This document shows positions 8,542 through 16,410 of a DNA stretch of 32,000 nt, piece by piece. Source of the DNA: Schaalia meyeri. GTDB lineage: Bacteria; Actinomycetota; Actinomycetes; Actinomycetales; Actinomycetaceae. The stretch is from the NCBI RefSeq assembly GCF_900105015.1, contig NZ_FNLK01000005.1, forward strand, positions 360,001 to 392,000. The letters are read 5' to 3'. The position numbers were made by a program, and so were the translations under genes. The notes beneath the pieces are model-generated. The model was not told the origin of the DNA and searched no databases. It was given only the letters and a program-made list of their open reading frames with translations. Numbering within the stretch: position 1 is the first letter of the stretch; every line of letters starts with the position of its first letter.

Positions 8542-9648
8542 TCACGGGCGTTGCCATACGCATTCTCCGCCGACATAAACGCTGCGCGGCCGTGCGAGCG
8601 AGGCCGGGTCCTGCGTCGGATCCTCATCCAGAACGAGGAAGTCGGCGGCTGCCCCGTCGCCGAGCCCGGCGCTCCCCAGGAACCGCCGGGACAGCCAGGT
8701 CGCAGCATCGACGATGAAGCCGGGCGAGGCGCCCCACTGCGACCACAGCGACAGCTCGCCCGTGATCGACCCGTGTACCTGATAGCCGCCCGAGTCGGTC
8801 CCCATGAGCAGCAGGACACCAGCGTCCATGAGCATCTGGAAATGTTCGCGGCGCCGAGCGTACATGCCGTTCATCGTCGCGGCATACACCGGGTATTTCG
8901 CCCCGGCCTGCTCGGCGAAGTCGGCAAAGAGCTCAACCTGGCGAAGCGTCGGCGTCACAGCTATTCCGCGGGCTGCGATCTCGGCGGCCTGGTCGGAATC
9001 GATTCCGCTGCCGTGTTCAATATCGTCCACCCCGGCCTCAATGAGGGAATCGATAACCCGATGGGAGAACGCGTGAACGGCAACGCGAACTCCCCTCTCG
9101 TGCGCGGCGGCCACCGCGTCAACGAGAACGGGGGTCTCCCAGAGGGGCATCAGGTCAGAATCCCCGCCACGCGACCGATCGATCCAATCACCCACCAGCT
9201 TCACCCAGCCGTCTGACCGGGCTGCCTCCGCGGCGACAACGCCGGGCAGGGCCTGTTGGTCCTCGACGTTGATGGGTATGCCGCGGATGTAGCGCTTGGG
9301 CAAGGCGATGTGTCGCCCGCATCGGATCAGGCGCGGCCCGTGCAGGCTCTTCACTGCGGAGTTGTCAACGGGAACGCCGCAGTCGCGGACCAACGTGACG
9401 CCGCTCGCGACAGTATCCGCCGCCTGGCGCGCCATCTCGGCAACCGTGACAGGACCATCGACGGAGAGGCCGATGTGGCAGTGCGCATCGACCATGCCCG
9501 CAACGATGAACCCGACGAGCCTGGCGCGATCACGCAGCTCCTCGGATACGCGCCGGATTGTTCCGTTATCGACGCTCCAGGTTCCGCGCACCCACCGCGG
9601 ACGAACGAGGTCGTCGTCCGCCCATAGACCGGCGCCCGTGATGAGCAT
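8542..9648 (-). CDS. Metal-dependent amidohydrolase (Rv2915c-like)
   Basis: ORF 8542..9696 contains the HxH metal motif GMVDAHCHIG and later VHAFSH and GTDSGG. The start is trimmed to ATG 9648 (MLITGAGLW), 4 nt after the ffh stop. Its position after ffh matches mycobacteria. Confidence 0.85.
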   Translation of the reverse strand: MLITGAGLWADDDLVRPRWVRGTWSVDNGTIRRVSEELRDRARLVGFIVAGMVDAHCHIGLSVDGPVTVAEMARQAADTVASGVTLVRDCGVPVDNSAVKSLHGPRLIRCGRHIALPKRYIRGIPINVEDQQALPGVVAAEAARSDGWVKLVGDWIDRSRGGDSDLMPLWETPVLVDAVAAAHERGVRVAVHAFSHRVIDSLIEAGVDDIEHGSGIDSDQAAEIAARGIAVTPTLRQVELFADFAEQAGAKYPVYAATMNGMYARRREHFQMLMDAGVLLLMGTDSGGYQVHGSITGELSLWSQWGASPGFIVDAATWLSRRFLGSAGLGDGAAADFLVLDEDPTQDPASLARPRSVYVGGECVWQRP

Positions 9649-9652
9649 GAGC

Positions 9653-11236
9653 TTAGAGCTGCCCGAGCATGCGCTTGACGTCATCGGGCAGGTCATCCAC
9701 CGTCGGACGAGGCGCGGGCTGCTCCTGCGATCCGCCGAACGAGGCCCCCCGCGGCGCGCTGCGCTCCGACGGGGGCAGCATTGCCTCGAGTTCCTGCTGA
9801 CGGCGCTTCGCCGGGTTACCGGAGCGCGCCTTTTTCTTCATGCGCGCACGCTGGGCCTGCGCCTTCCGGGCGTTCGCCTTCTGCTTGGCCTTGCCGCCTC
9901 GACCGGGCAGGGCGCCCATCCCGGGCACCCCGCCGCTCATCTGACCCATCTGGCCCATCATCTCCCGGGCGGCCTCGAAGCGCTGCACCAGCTGGTTGAC
10001 CTCGGTAACGGTCGTGCCCGCACCTCGGGCGATACGCGCGCGGCGCGACCCGTTGAGGATCGACACGTCCTCGCGTTCGGCGGGGGTCATCGAACGAACG
10101 ATGGCCTCGATGCGGTCAACCTCGCGTTCGTCGAAGTTATCGATCTGATCGCGCAGCTGCGCGGTACCGGGGATCATCCCGAGCATCTTCTTCATCGACC
10201 CCAGCTTCTTGATCTGCTGGAGCTGGTTGAGGAAATCGCTGAGCGTCAGCTCGCCGGCCATCGCCTTGGCCGCGACCTTCTCGGATTCCTCGGCGTCCAT
10301 CTTCTTTTCGGCCTGCTCGATGAGCGTGAGAATGTCGCCCATGTCGAGGATGCGCCCGGCCATGCGATCCGGGTGGAAACGCTCGAAGTCGTCCAGGCTT
10401 TCGCCCGTGGAGGCGAAAAGAATCGGCGCACCGGTGACGCCGCGCACCGACAGGGCGGCGCCACCTCGCGCGTCGCCGTCCAGCTTGGACAGGACGACGC
10501 CCGTGAAACCAACGCCATCACGGAAGGCCACCGACGTGGACACCGCATCCTGACCGACCATCGCATCGAGCACGAACATGATCTCGTGCGGGGTGATTGC
10601 CTCGCGGATCGCGATCGCCTGATCCATCATCTCCTGGTCAACGCCGAGGCGTCCGGCGGTATCGACGACGACGACGTCGATACCGCTTTGACGGGCGAAC
10701 TCCACGCCCGAGCGCGCCACTTCAACCGGGTTGCCAACGCCGTTGCCCGGTTCGGGTGCCCACACCTTGACACCGGCGCGCTCGCCGACGACCTGCAGCT
10801 GTTGGACGGCGCCCGGACGCTGGAGGTCCGAAGCCACGAGCAGGACGGTCTTACCCTCCGCGTGCAGCCATTTGCCGAGCTTTCCGGCCAGCGTCGTCTT
10901 ACCGGCGCCCTGGAGGCCTGCCAGCATGAAAACGGTCGGTCCCGACTGCGCGAAGGTCAGTTCGCGCGTGGCGCCGCCAAGGATCTCCACGAGTTCTCCG
11001 TGAACGATCGACACGACCTGCTGGCCGGGATTCAGGGCCTTCGACCGCGCCGCTCCGTAAGCCTTTTCGCGCACCTGCTTGGTGAATTGGCGGACAACGG
11101 GGAGAGCCACGTCCGCGTCGATGAGGGCTCGACGAATGTCGGAAATCGCATGATCGACGTCCGACTCGGTTAGGACCCCGCGGCTGCGCAGGGTGCGGAA
11201 AGATTGGGTCAGGCGATCTGACAGGTTTCCAAACAC
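9653..11236 (-). CDS. ffh: Signal recognition particle protein Ffh
   Basis: ORF 9653..11266. It has the NG domain motifs GLQGAGKTTLAGKLG, DTAGRL and SKLDGDARGGAALS, and a Met-rich M domain (MMGQMGQMSGGVPGMG). The start is trimmed to GTG 11236 (VFGNLSDRL), with GGGAG 7 nt upstream. Confidence 0.97.
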   Translation of the reverse strand: MFGNLSDRLTQSFRTLRSRGVLTESDVDHAISDIRRALIDADVALPVVRQFTKQVREKAYGAARSKALNPGQQVVSIVHGELVEILGGATRELTFAQSGPTVFMLAGLQGAGKTTLAGKLGKWLHAEGKTVLLVASDLQRPGAVQQLQVVGERAGVKVWAPEPGNGVGNPVEVARSGVEFARQSGIDVVVVDTAGRLGVDQEMMDQAIAIREAITPHEIMFVLDAMVGQDAVSTSVAFRDGVGFTGVVLSKLDGDARGGAALSVRGVTGAPILFASTGESLDDFERFHPDRMAGRILDMGDILTLIEQAEKKMDAEESEKVAAKAMAGELTLSDFLNQLQQIKKLGSMKKMLGMIPGTAQLRDQIDNFDEREVDRIEAIVRSMTPAEREDVSILNGSRRARIARGAGTTVTEVNQLVQRFEAAREMMGQMGQMSGGVPGMGALPGRGGKAKQKANARKAQAQRARMKKKARSGNPAKRRQQELEAMLPPSERSAPRGASFGGSQEQPAPRPTVDDLPDDVKRMLGQL

Positions 11237-11283
11237 GTGTTTACTCCCAAGACGGCGGCTATACAAGGCACAGGTTAGCGCAC

Positions 11284-11316
11284 CTTTGCCCCGGTAGTCG
11301 TCTCACCGGGGCAAAG
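11284..11316 (-). terminator. Hairpin between ftsY and ffh (candidate terminator)
   Basis: A 12-bp perfect stem CTTTGCCCCGGT / ACCGGGGCAAAG with a 9-nt loop, 23 nt after the ftsY stop. No U tract follows. Confidence 0.5.
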
Positions 11317-11338
11317 AGGAAGCGAAGGGGGCAGACCG

Positions 11339-12601
11339 TCAGCCTAGCGCGGGACCAACAATCGCGTCGACGAAGTCGTCGGGGTCGAAGGGGGCGAGGT
11401 CATCCGCTCCCTCACCCAGACCGACGAACTTGACGGGGACGCTCAGCTCGCGCTGGACCGACACGACGATGCCGCCCTTCGCGGATCCGTCGAGCTTCGT
11501 GAGAATGATGCCGGTCACGCCGGTGGCCTTGGCGAACACCTCGGCCTGCTTCATGCCGTTTTGTCCGGTGGTTGCGTCCAGGACCAGGAGGACCTCGCTG
11601 ACGGGAGCCTGCTTGGCCATCACGCGCTTGATCTTGCCGAGCTCGTCCATGAGGGTCGACTTGTTCTGCAGCCGCCCTGCCGTGTCGACGAGGACGACGT
11701 CCACGTCGCGTTCGATCCCCTGCCGCACAGCCTCGAATGCGACGGACGCAGGATCCGCGCCTTCACGGTCGGAGCGCACGACGTCAACGCCGACGCGCTG
11801 GCCCCACGTCGCCAGCTGGTCGGCGGCAGCCGCGCGGAAGGTGTCGGCGGCGCCCAGGAGGACGGACTTGTCATCCGCAACCAGGATGCGTGCGAGCTTC
11901 CCGACGGTGGTCGTCTTGCCCGTACCGTTGACCCCCACCATGAGGACGACAGCGGGTTTGGGCGATCCATTGCTCTGTTCCCTGGTCAGGTCCAGGGAGC
12001 GGTCCATATCTGGGCCGACGAGGGCCAGCAGTTCCTCGCGCAGGATCTGGCGGATGCGCATCTCGTCGGTCGTCGACTCGACAGCCACGCGGCGCTTCAG
12101 CGCCTCCATGAGGGAATCGGTGGCCTCAAGCCCGAGGTCCGCGATGAGCAAAGATTCCTCGATCTCCTCCCAGTCCTCCTCGCTGAGCTTGCCGCGGCTG
12201 AGTACCCCCAGGATCGCGCGCCCGATGGCGCCCGAGGAGGCGAGTCTCTCGCGCAGGCGTTCCATGCGCCCGCCCGCGGGCTCGGGGCGATCGCCCGACG
12301 AGTCCGGTGCTGGCGTCGTCGGCGCCACGTCGGTTGATGGCTGGGCGTCTAGCGGGGCGGCGGGGGAGGCGCGCGGCTGGTCGGTCGATTCTTCATCGAC
12401 CGCGAGAGCTCGGGCAGCATCCTCGGCGATGACTTCTTGCTGTTGAGTCGCAACGGTCACGTCGTCCGTAGAGCGCCGCCGGGCGCTCACAACAAGGCGA
12501 ACCACCACACCGATGATGACGGCAATCGCCAGGGCGACGACGACCGCCCACGGCGTCTGAAGGAAAGAAATAAAAGCGTCCATGGGGCCATTATTCCCCA
12601 T
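11339..12601 (-). CDS. ftsY: Signal recognition particle receptor FtsY
   Basis: ORF 11339..12601. It has an N-terminal TM/acidic region and NG domain motifs GVNGTGKTTTVGKLA, DTAGRL and TKLDGSAKGG. An alternative start is ATG 12583 (MDAFISFL), preceded by AATAAT plus 6 nt, which would suggest a leaderless transcript. Confidence 0.95.
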   Translation of the reverse strand: MGNNGPMDAFISFLQTPWAVVVALAIAVIIGVVVRLVVSARRRSTDDVTVATQQQEVIAEDAARALAVDEESTDQPRASPAAPLDAQPSTDVAPTTPAPDSSGDRPEPAGGRMERLRERLASSGAIGRAILGVLSRGKLSEEDWEEIEESLLIADLGLEATDSLMEALKRRVAVESTTDEMRIRQILREELLALVGPDMDRSLDLTREQSNGSPKPAVVLMVGVNGTGKTTTVGKLARILVADDKSVLLGAADTFRAAAADQLATWGQRVGVDVVRSDREGADPASVAFEAVRQGIERDVDVVLVDTAGRLQNKSTLMDELGKIKRVMAKQAPVSEVLLVLDATTGQNGMKQAEVFAKATGVTGIILTKLDGSAKGGIVVSVQRELSVPVKFVGLGEGADDLAPFDPDDFVDAIVGPALG

Positions 12602-12642
12602 GGACGCTGCCAGGGCTAAAACCTGAGTGGTACCACGCGCCG

Positions 12643-13038
12643 TCAGCGCGGCGTCGACCCCTGCTCGCTGCCGCTGTCGGCTCCGGGCATCCGACGCCCA
12701 CGGTTGAGGCGCTCGGTGACCCGCTCGGTCACCGTCTCGAGGCGTTCAACGCCCGGCAGCCGATCGGCATCGAAGTACGCGCTGGAGGAGTCCGCGCTCA
12801 ACAGGAGCGAGTGAAGAGACTCCGTTCGCGGAACGACGGGGCGATCCCCCGAGGCGTTGGCGCGTGTCGAAAGCGAGTGATTCTTCACCTCGTCAGCTTT
12901 TTCCTCGCTCTCCTGCCTGATGATGCCCTTCCAATCGCGAGCGCTCCGTCTTGAAAGCGCCAAGGTGACAACGACGCCACCCGCCACAACGAGAACCAAG
13001 ACGACAGTCAAGACAAGAACCAGTGAATCCTCAAGCAT
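12643..13038 (-). CDS. Hypothetical small membrane-anchored protein
   Basis: ORF 12643..13089 is trimmed to ATG 13038 (MLEDSLVLVLTVVLVLVVAGGVVVTLAL...). It has one N-terminal TM helix and then a charged, Ser-rich tail. I recognise no family. Coding status rests on ORF length, strand context and GC-rich third positions. Confidence 0.5.
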   Translation of the reverse strand: MLEDSLVLVLTVVLVLVVAGGVVVTLALSRRSARDWKGIIRQESEEKADEVKNHSLSTRANASGDRPVVPRTESLHSLLLSADSSSAYFDADRLPGVERLETVTERVTERLNRGRRMPGADSGSEQGSTPR

Positions 13039-13119
13039 GCTTTCATCCCGCCCTACAGGACCCGACCAAGCGCGACGGATCCAACGCAACCCAGGCGCTT
13101 CCTGACCGCACGACCACGA

Positions 13120-13147
13120 GGGATCGAAAGCAGCTGCTTCTGGTCCC
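13120..13147 (-). terminator. Imperfect hairpin downstream of rpoD
   Basis: GGGATC...GGTCCC (with one G-U pair) encloses GAAAGC-AGCT-GCTTC, 27 nt after the rpoD stop. The stem is bulged and no U tract follows, so support is weak. Confidence 0.3.
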
Positions 13148-13173
13148 CGCGATCGACAAAGATACCGAACAAT

Positions 13174-14679
13174 TCAGTCAAGGTAGTCACGCAGCACCTG
13201 TGAACGCGACGGGTGACGCAATTTCGACATGGTCTTCGATTCGATCTGCCGAATACGCTCGCGCGTCACGCCGTACACCTTACCGATCTCGTCAAGCGTC
13301 TTGGGTTGACCATCGCCCAACCCAAAGCGCATGGAGACCACCCCGGCCTCGCGCTCGGACAGCGTATCGAGCACGTGGTGAAGCTGCTCTTGAAGCAGGG
13401 TAAAGGAGACGGCGTCCGCGGGAACGATTGCTTCCGAGTCCTCGATCAGATCACCGAACTCGGAATCACCGTCCTCACCCAGGGGCGTGTGTAGCGAAAT
13501 GGGCTCGCGTCCGTACTTTTGAACCTCGACGACCTTTTCGGCGGTCATGTCGAGTTCCTTCGCCAGCTCCTCGGGCGTGGGTTCGCGCCCCAGGTCCTGC
13601 AGCATCTGACGCTGAACGCGTGCAAGCTTGTTGATGACCTCGACCATGTGGACCGGTATGCGAATGGTGCGCGCCTGGTCGGCCATCGCTCGCGTGATCG
13701 CCTGACGTATCCACCACGTGGCGTACGTCGAGAACTTATAGCCTTTCGTGTAGTCGAACTTCTCGACCGCGCGAATGAGTCCCAGGTTGCCTTCCTGGAT
13801 CAGATCGAGGAACTGCATGCCGCGCCCGGTGTATCTCTTTGCCAGTGATACCACCAGACGCAGGTTGGCCTCGAGCAGGTGGTTTTTCGCCTGCTGACCG
13901 TCCTGCGCGAGGAAGTGCAGCTCGCGGCGTTCGCGGCTGGTCATCTCGTCGGCCTGGTTCTTCAACTTAAACTCGGCATACAGGCCCGCCTCGATACGGC
14001 GCGCCAGATCGACCTCCTGCTCGGCGTTCAGCAGCGAGACTTTACCGATCTGCTTGAGATAGTCCTTGACGGGGTCAGCCGTGGCGCCGGCGACCGTCAC
14101 TTGCTGGACGGGTTCGTCGGTTTCGTCAGAATCTGAGACGACGAAGCCACCCTTGACGTGGATGCCCGAGTTCGTTCGCTCGCGAAGGGCGGCCCCCTCA
14201 GTGGCCTTCGGGTCCTCTTCCTCGGGCTCTTCTTCGCCTTCTTCCTCGGCCTCGGCATCGGTCTCGAGGTCCGGGTCCTTCAGGTCCTCACCAGTAGGCT
14301 CGAAATCCTCATCCTCCGTTGCCTCGGTATCCGCTACGGTTCCCTCGTCTGCCGCAACGTCCTTCTTCTTGCGGCCACGCGTTTTCTTCGCATTTTTCGC
14401 GGCGGTTTTCTGTGAGGTTTTCTCACCCGCGCCCTCAGTATCCGAAATCGAAGCCTTCTTGGTTGTCTTCCTGGCGGTTCCCTTCTTTGCGGGGCCTTTT
14501 TTCGCGGCGGGCTTCTTGGCGTCGGATTTCTTCTCCTTCGCGACGGACGCGACCGCATCAGCCTTGGCGGCCGTAGAGGCAGTCTTCTTGCCTCGCCCGG
14601 TCTTCTTCGCGGCGGTTGTCACCTCCGGGGTATCCTCAGTCGTCGCGGAATCCTTTGCCGAGGCGCGCGATGCACTCAC
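13174..14679 (-). CDS. rpoD: Principal RNA polymerase sigma factor (RpoD/SigA/HrdB type) with a long charged N-terminal extension
   Basis: ORF 13174..14733. Region 2 is present ([16 protein letters not shown]), as are region 3 and region 4.2 ([30 protein letters not shown]). The start is trimmed to GTG 14679 ([10 protein letters not shown]), with AAAGGGA 6 nt upstream. Confidence 0.95.
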   Translation of the reverse strand: MSASRASAKDSATTEDTPEVTTAAKKTGRGKKTASTAAKADAVASVAKEKKSDAKKPAAKKGPAKKGTARKTTKKASISDTEGAGEKTSQKTAAKNAKKTRGRKKKDVAADEGTVADTEATEDEDFEPTGEDLKDPDLETDAEAEEEGEEEPEEEDPKATEGAALRERTNSGIHVKGGFVVSDSDETDEPVQQVTVAGATADPVKDYLKQIGKVSLLNAEQEVDLARRIEAGLYAEFKLKNQADEMTSRERRELHFLAQDGQQAKNHLLEANLRLVVSLAKRYTGRGMQFLDLIQEGNLGLIRAVEKFDYTKGYKFSTYATWWIRQAITRAMADQARTIRIPVHMVEVINKLARVQRQMLQDLGREPTPEELAKELDMTAEKVVEVQKYGREPISLHTPLGEDGDSEFGDLIEDSEAIVPADAVSFTLLQEQLHHVLDTLSEREAGVVSMRFGLGDGQPKTLDEIGKVYGVTRERIRQIESKTMSKLRHPSRSQVLRDYLD

Positions 14680-14826
14680 ACGGGTCCCTTTCGTTGATGG
14701 GCATGCACAACGGAGCCGATTGCAAATCGGCATGCCATCGCCAGTCTAGTGCCTCGCCTCGCAGTTTTCCTGACGGTAGGTGTGAGCCTGCCCCGCCCAT
14801 ACCCGCGCACGCCCGTCGGCGTCGGA

Positions 14827-14832
14827 TAGAGT
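14827..14832 (+). promoter_or_regulatory. -10 box TAGAGT; candidate leaderless promoter of the polyprenyl synthase gene
   Basis: TAGAGT matches TANNNT and ends 7 nt before ATG 14839. No SD is present. Confidence 0.4.
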
Positions 14833-14838
14833 GGCCCC

Positions 14839-15942
14839 ATGAGTCTGAGCGATAGCTTCTCCGTTCTGCGTCCCCTCATTGACGAGGCGACGGCCGCCAG
14901 CCTGACACGCCTGCTGAAGCGCACGGGCACCAGCGGCCGTTCCGAGGAATTCGTGGGCTCTGTGCTCGCGGCCGCGTCGGGAGGAAAGCGCTTTCGGGCT
15001 CTCATGGCCCACGTCGGCTACTCGCTGAGCGCGACGTGCCCGCTCACGGACGTGTCCCTGCCCCACGTGAGCGCGGCGCTCGAGCTCTACCAGGCCAGCG
15101 CCCTGGTTCACGACGACATCATCGATAAGGCCGACGAACGACGAGGCTCCCCCACCCCGCATCGGCGCCTGGCGGATCACCACAGACGCGTCGGTTGGAT
15201 CGGTACCCCCTCAGACTTTGGCACCCACGCGGCGATCCTGGTGGGCGACTTCCTCTTCTCGGCTGCAACCGCCGCTGCTGCCGAGCAGGCGCTCCTCCTC
15301 AACAGCGCGAGCGCACGCTCCTTTACCGAGCGTTTCGCCCTCATGCACGCCGAGGTCGCCCTGGGGCAGTACCTCGACATCGTGGCCGAACAAACCCCCC
15401 TGGATCCTGAACGACACGACGCGGTGAGCGCCGCCGACGCCCTCGTCGTTGCCCGACACAAGTCCGCGCACTATTCAGTCGTGCACCCTGCGGCACTCGG
15501 TGCGATCTGCGCGGCAAACCCACCGGGCGACAGGCGTACCCTACTCGCCGCCCTCGAACGAATCCTTACGCCCTGGGGCGTGGCCTTCCAGCTGCGCGAT
15601 GACGACCTGGGAGTGTTCGGAGATCCGACGGTGACAGGCAAACCCGTCGGAGATGATTTACGAGAGGGAAAGCGCACCGTGCTGCTGGCGCTCACTTGGG
15701 CGGCGTCCTCCCCCAGCGAGCGCGCCGCGCTCACCGACGTCCTCGGGACGGACACGGCCTCGGCGGATCAGATCTCCTCGGCCGCGGCGATCATCGAACG
15801 CAACGGGCGAGCCGCCCACGAGGCCCAGATCGATCGGCTCGTGGCCGACGGACACAGCGCGCTCGAAAACTCAGGATTGGACGCAGCGGCCCGCGAAATA
15901 CTGCGCGAGCTATGCGCACTCCTCACCTCCCGCCGAGCATAA
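14839..15942 (+). CDS. Polyprenyl (geranylgeranyl-type) diphosphate synthase, Rv2173-like
   Basis: ORF 14839..15942. The first Asp-rich motif is LVHDDIIDKAD and the second is FQLRDDDLGVFGDPTVTGKPVGDDLREGKRT. It is adjacent to the Rv2175c-like/pknL pair, as in mycobacteria. Confidence 0.9.
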   Translation: MSLSDSFSVLRPLIDEATAASLTRLLKRTGTSGRSEEFVGSVLAAASGGKRFRALMAHVGYSLSATCPLTDVSLPHVSAALELYQASALVHDDIIDKADERRGSPTPHRRLADHHRRVGWIGTPSDFGTHAAILVGDFLFSAATAAAAEQALLLNSASARSFTERFALMHAEVALGQYLDIVAEQTPLDPERHDAVSAADALVVARHKSAHYSVVHPAALGAICAANPPGDRRTLLAALERILTPWGVAFQLRDDDLGVFGDPTVTGKPVGDDLREGKRTVLLALTWAASSPSERAALTDVLGTDTASADQISSAAAIIERNGRAAHEAQIDRLVADGHSALENSGLDAAAREILRELCALLTSRRA

Positions 15943-15973
15943 GTTGGGGCGCCTGGCAAGGCGCCGCGAACCG

Positions 15974-16327
15974 CTAGAACGCCAAGGTGGACGCGATCCG
16001 GTTTACCCGATGGTGGCGCCCGTCAACCAGCGCGTCGATCGGGCGCTCGCCCAGCTCGTCCTGAACCGAATACAGCCAGTCGAGCGATTCCTCCGCCGTG
16101 AATCCGTCGTCCGCCAGCAGAGTCAGCGTTCCCTGCAGCACGGCGAGCGGCTCCCAGCCGTTGTCCCCCTTTACCACCATTTCTTCGGGGATCCCCCGCA
16201 CACCGTCCGCCCCGCGCGCGTCGATAAGGACGCGATCACGGATCAGCTGCTTGAGGCGGCGCTCCTCGATGCCGAGAAGACGGCATACCTCACCGGTGGG
16301 CAACAGGGTCATATCAGCACTGGTCAT
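15974..16327 (-). CDS. Rv2175c-like DNA-binding protein (helix-turn-helix)
   Basis: ORF 15974..16369. The pattern LLPTGEVCRLLGIEERRLKQLIRDRVL...GIPEEMV...PLAVLQGTLTLLADDGF resembles Rv2175c (YDLPRVAELLGV...). It is divergent from pknL, as in M. tuberculosis. The start is chosen as ATG 16327, with TAACCT 7 nt upstream and no SD. ATG 16369 has GGAGG only 1 nt away, which is too close. Confidence 0.75.
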   Translation of the reverse strand: MTSADMTLLPTGEVCRLLGIEERRLKQLIRDRVLIDARGADGVRGIPEEMVVKGDNGWEPLAVLQGTLTLLADDGFTAEESLDWLYSVQDELGERPIDALVDGRHHRVNRIASTLAF

Positions 16328-16334
16328 GACCGTA

Positions 16335-16340
16335 AGGTTA
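16335..16340 (-). promoter_or_regulatory. -10 box TAACCT; candidate leaderless promoter of the Rv2175c-like gene
   Basis: The minus strand reads TAACCT followed by a 7-nt spacer (TACGGTC) before ATG 16327. Confidence 0.35.
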
Positions 16341-16379
16341 CCCCATGGATATGCGGCACCGTGAGGCATACCTCCGTTG

Positions 16380-16391
16380 TTTTCGCGAAAA
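16380..16391. promoter_or_regulatory. AT-rich perfect 12-bp palindrome TTTTCGCGAAAA (candidate operator)
   Basis: Read directly from the sequence. It lies in the divergent control region, 6 nt upstream of the pknL -10 box. Confidence 0.3.
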
Positions 16392-16397
16392 CTCCCA

Positions 16398-16403
16398 TAG
16401 AAT
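16398..16403 (+). promoter_or_regulatory. -10 box TAGAAT; candidate leaderless promoter of pknL
   Basis: TAGAAT is followed by a 7-nt spacer (CAACCAG) before GTG 16411. No SD is present. Confidence 0.4.
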
Positions 16404-16410
16404 CAACCAG

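Noticed and set aside
9296-11173. 625-aa plus-strand ORF, the longest in the track
   Set aside because: It is exactly antisense to ffh, which has unmistakable SRP54 motifs. The product is Arg/Gly/Leu/His-rich with no family signature. This is the typical antisense open frame of high-GC DNA.
11430-12446. 338-aa and 258-aa plus-strand ORFs
   Set aside because: They are antisense to ftsY. Their Ser/Arg/Thr-rich low-complexity products show no motifs, and ftsY explains the coding signal.
14697-14738. Nested and overlapping palindromes in the rpoD 5' leader (GCCGATT-GCA-AATCGGC at 14715-14731, plus ATGGGCATGC/GCATGCCAT)
   Set aside because: The stems are short (7 bp), and the outer pairing competes with the inner one. 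Without transcript ends or comparative data I cannot tell a regulatory fold from chance.
14066-14749. 227-aa Ser/Phe/Ala-rich plus-strand ORF
   Set aside because: It is antisense to the Lys/Glu-rich N-terminal extension of rpoD. It is a mirror-image low-complexity artefact.
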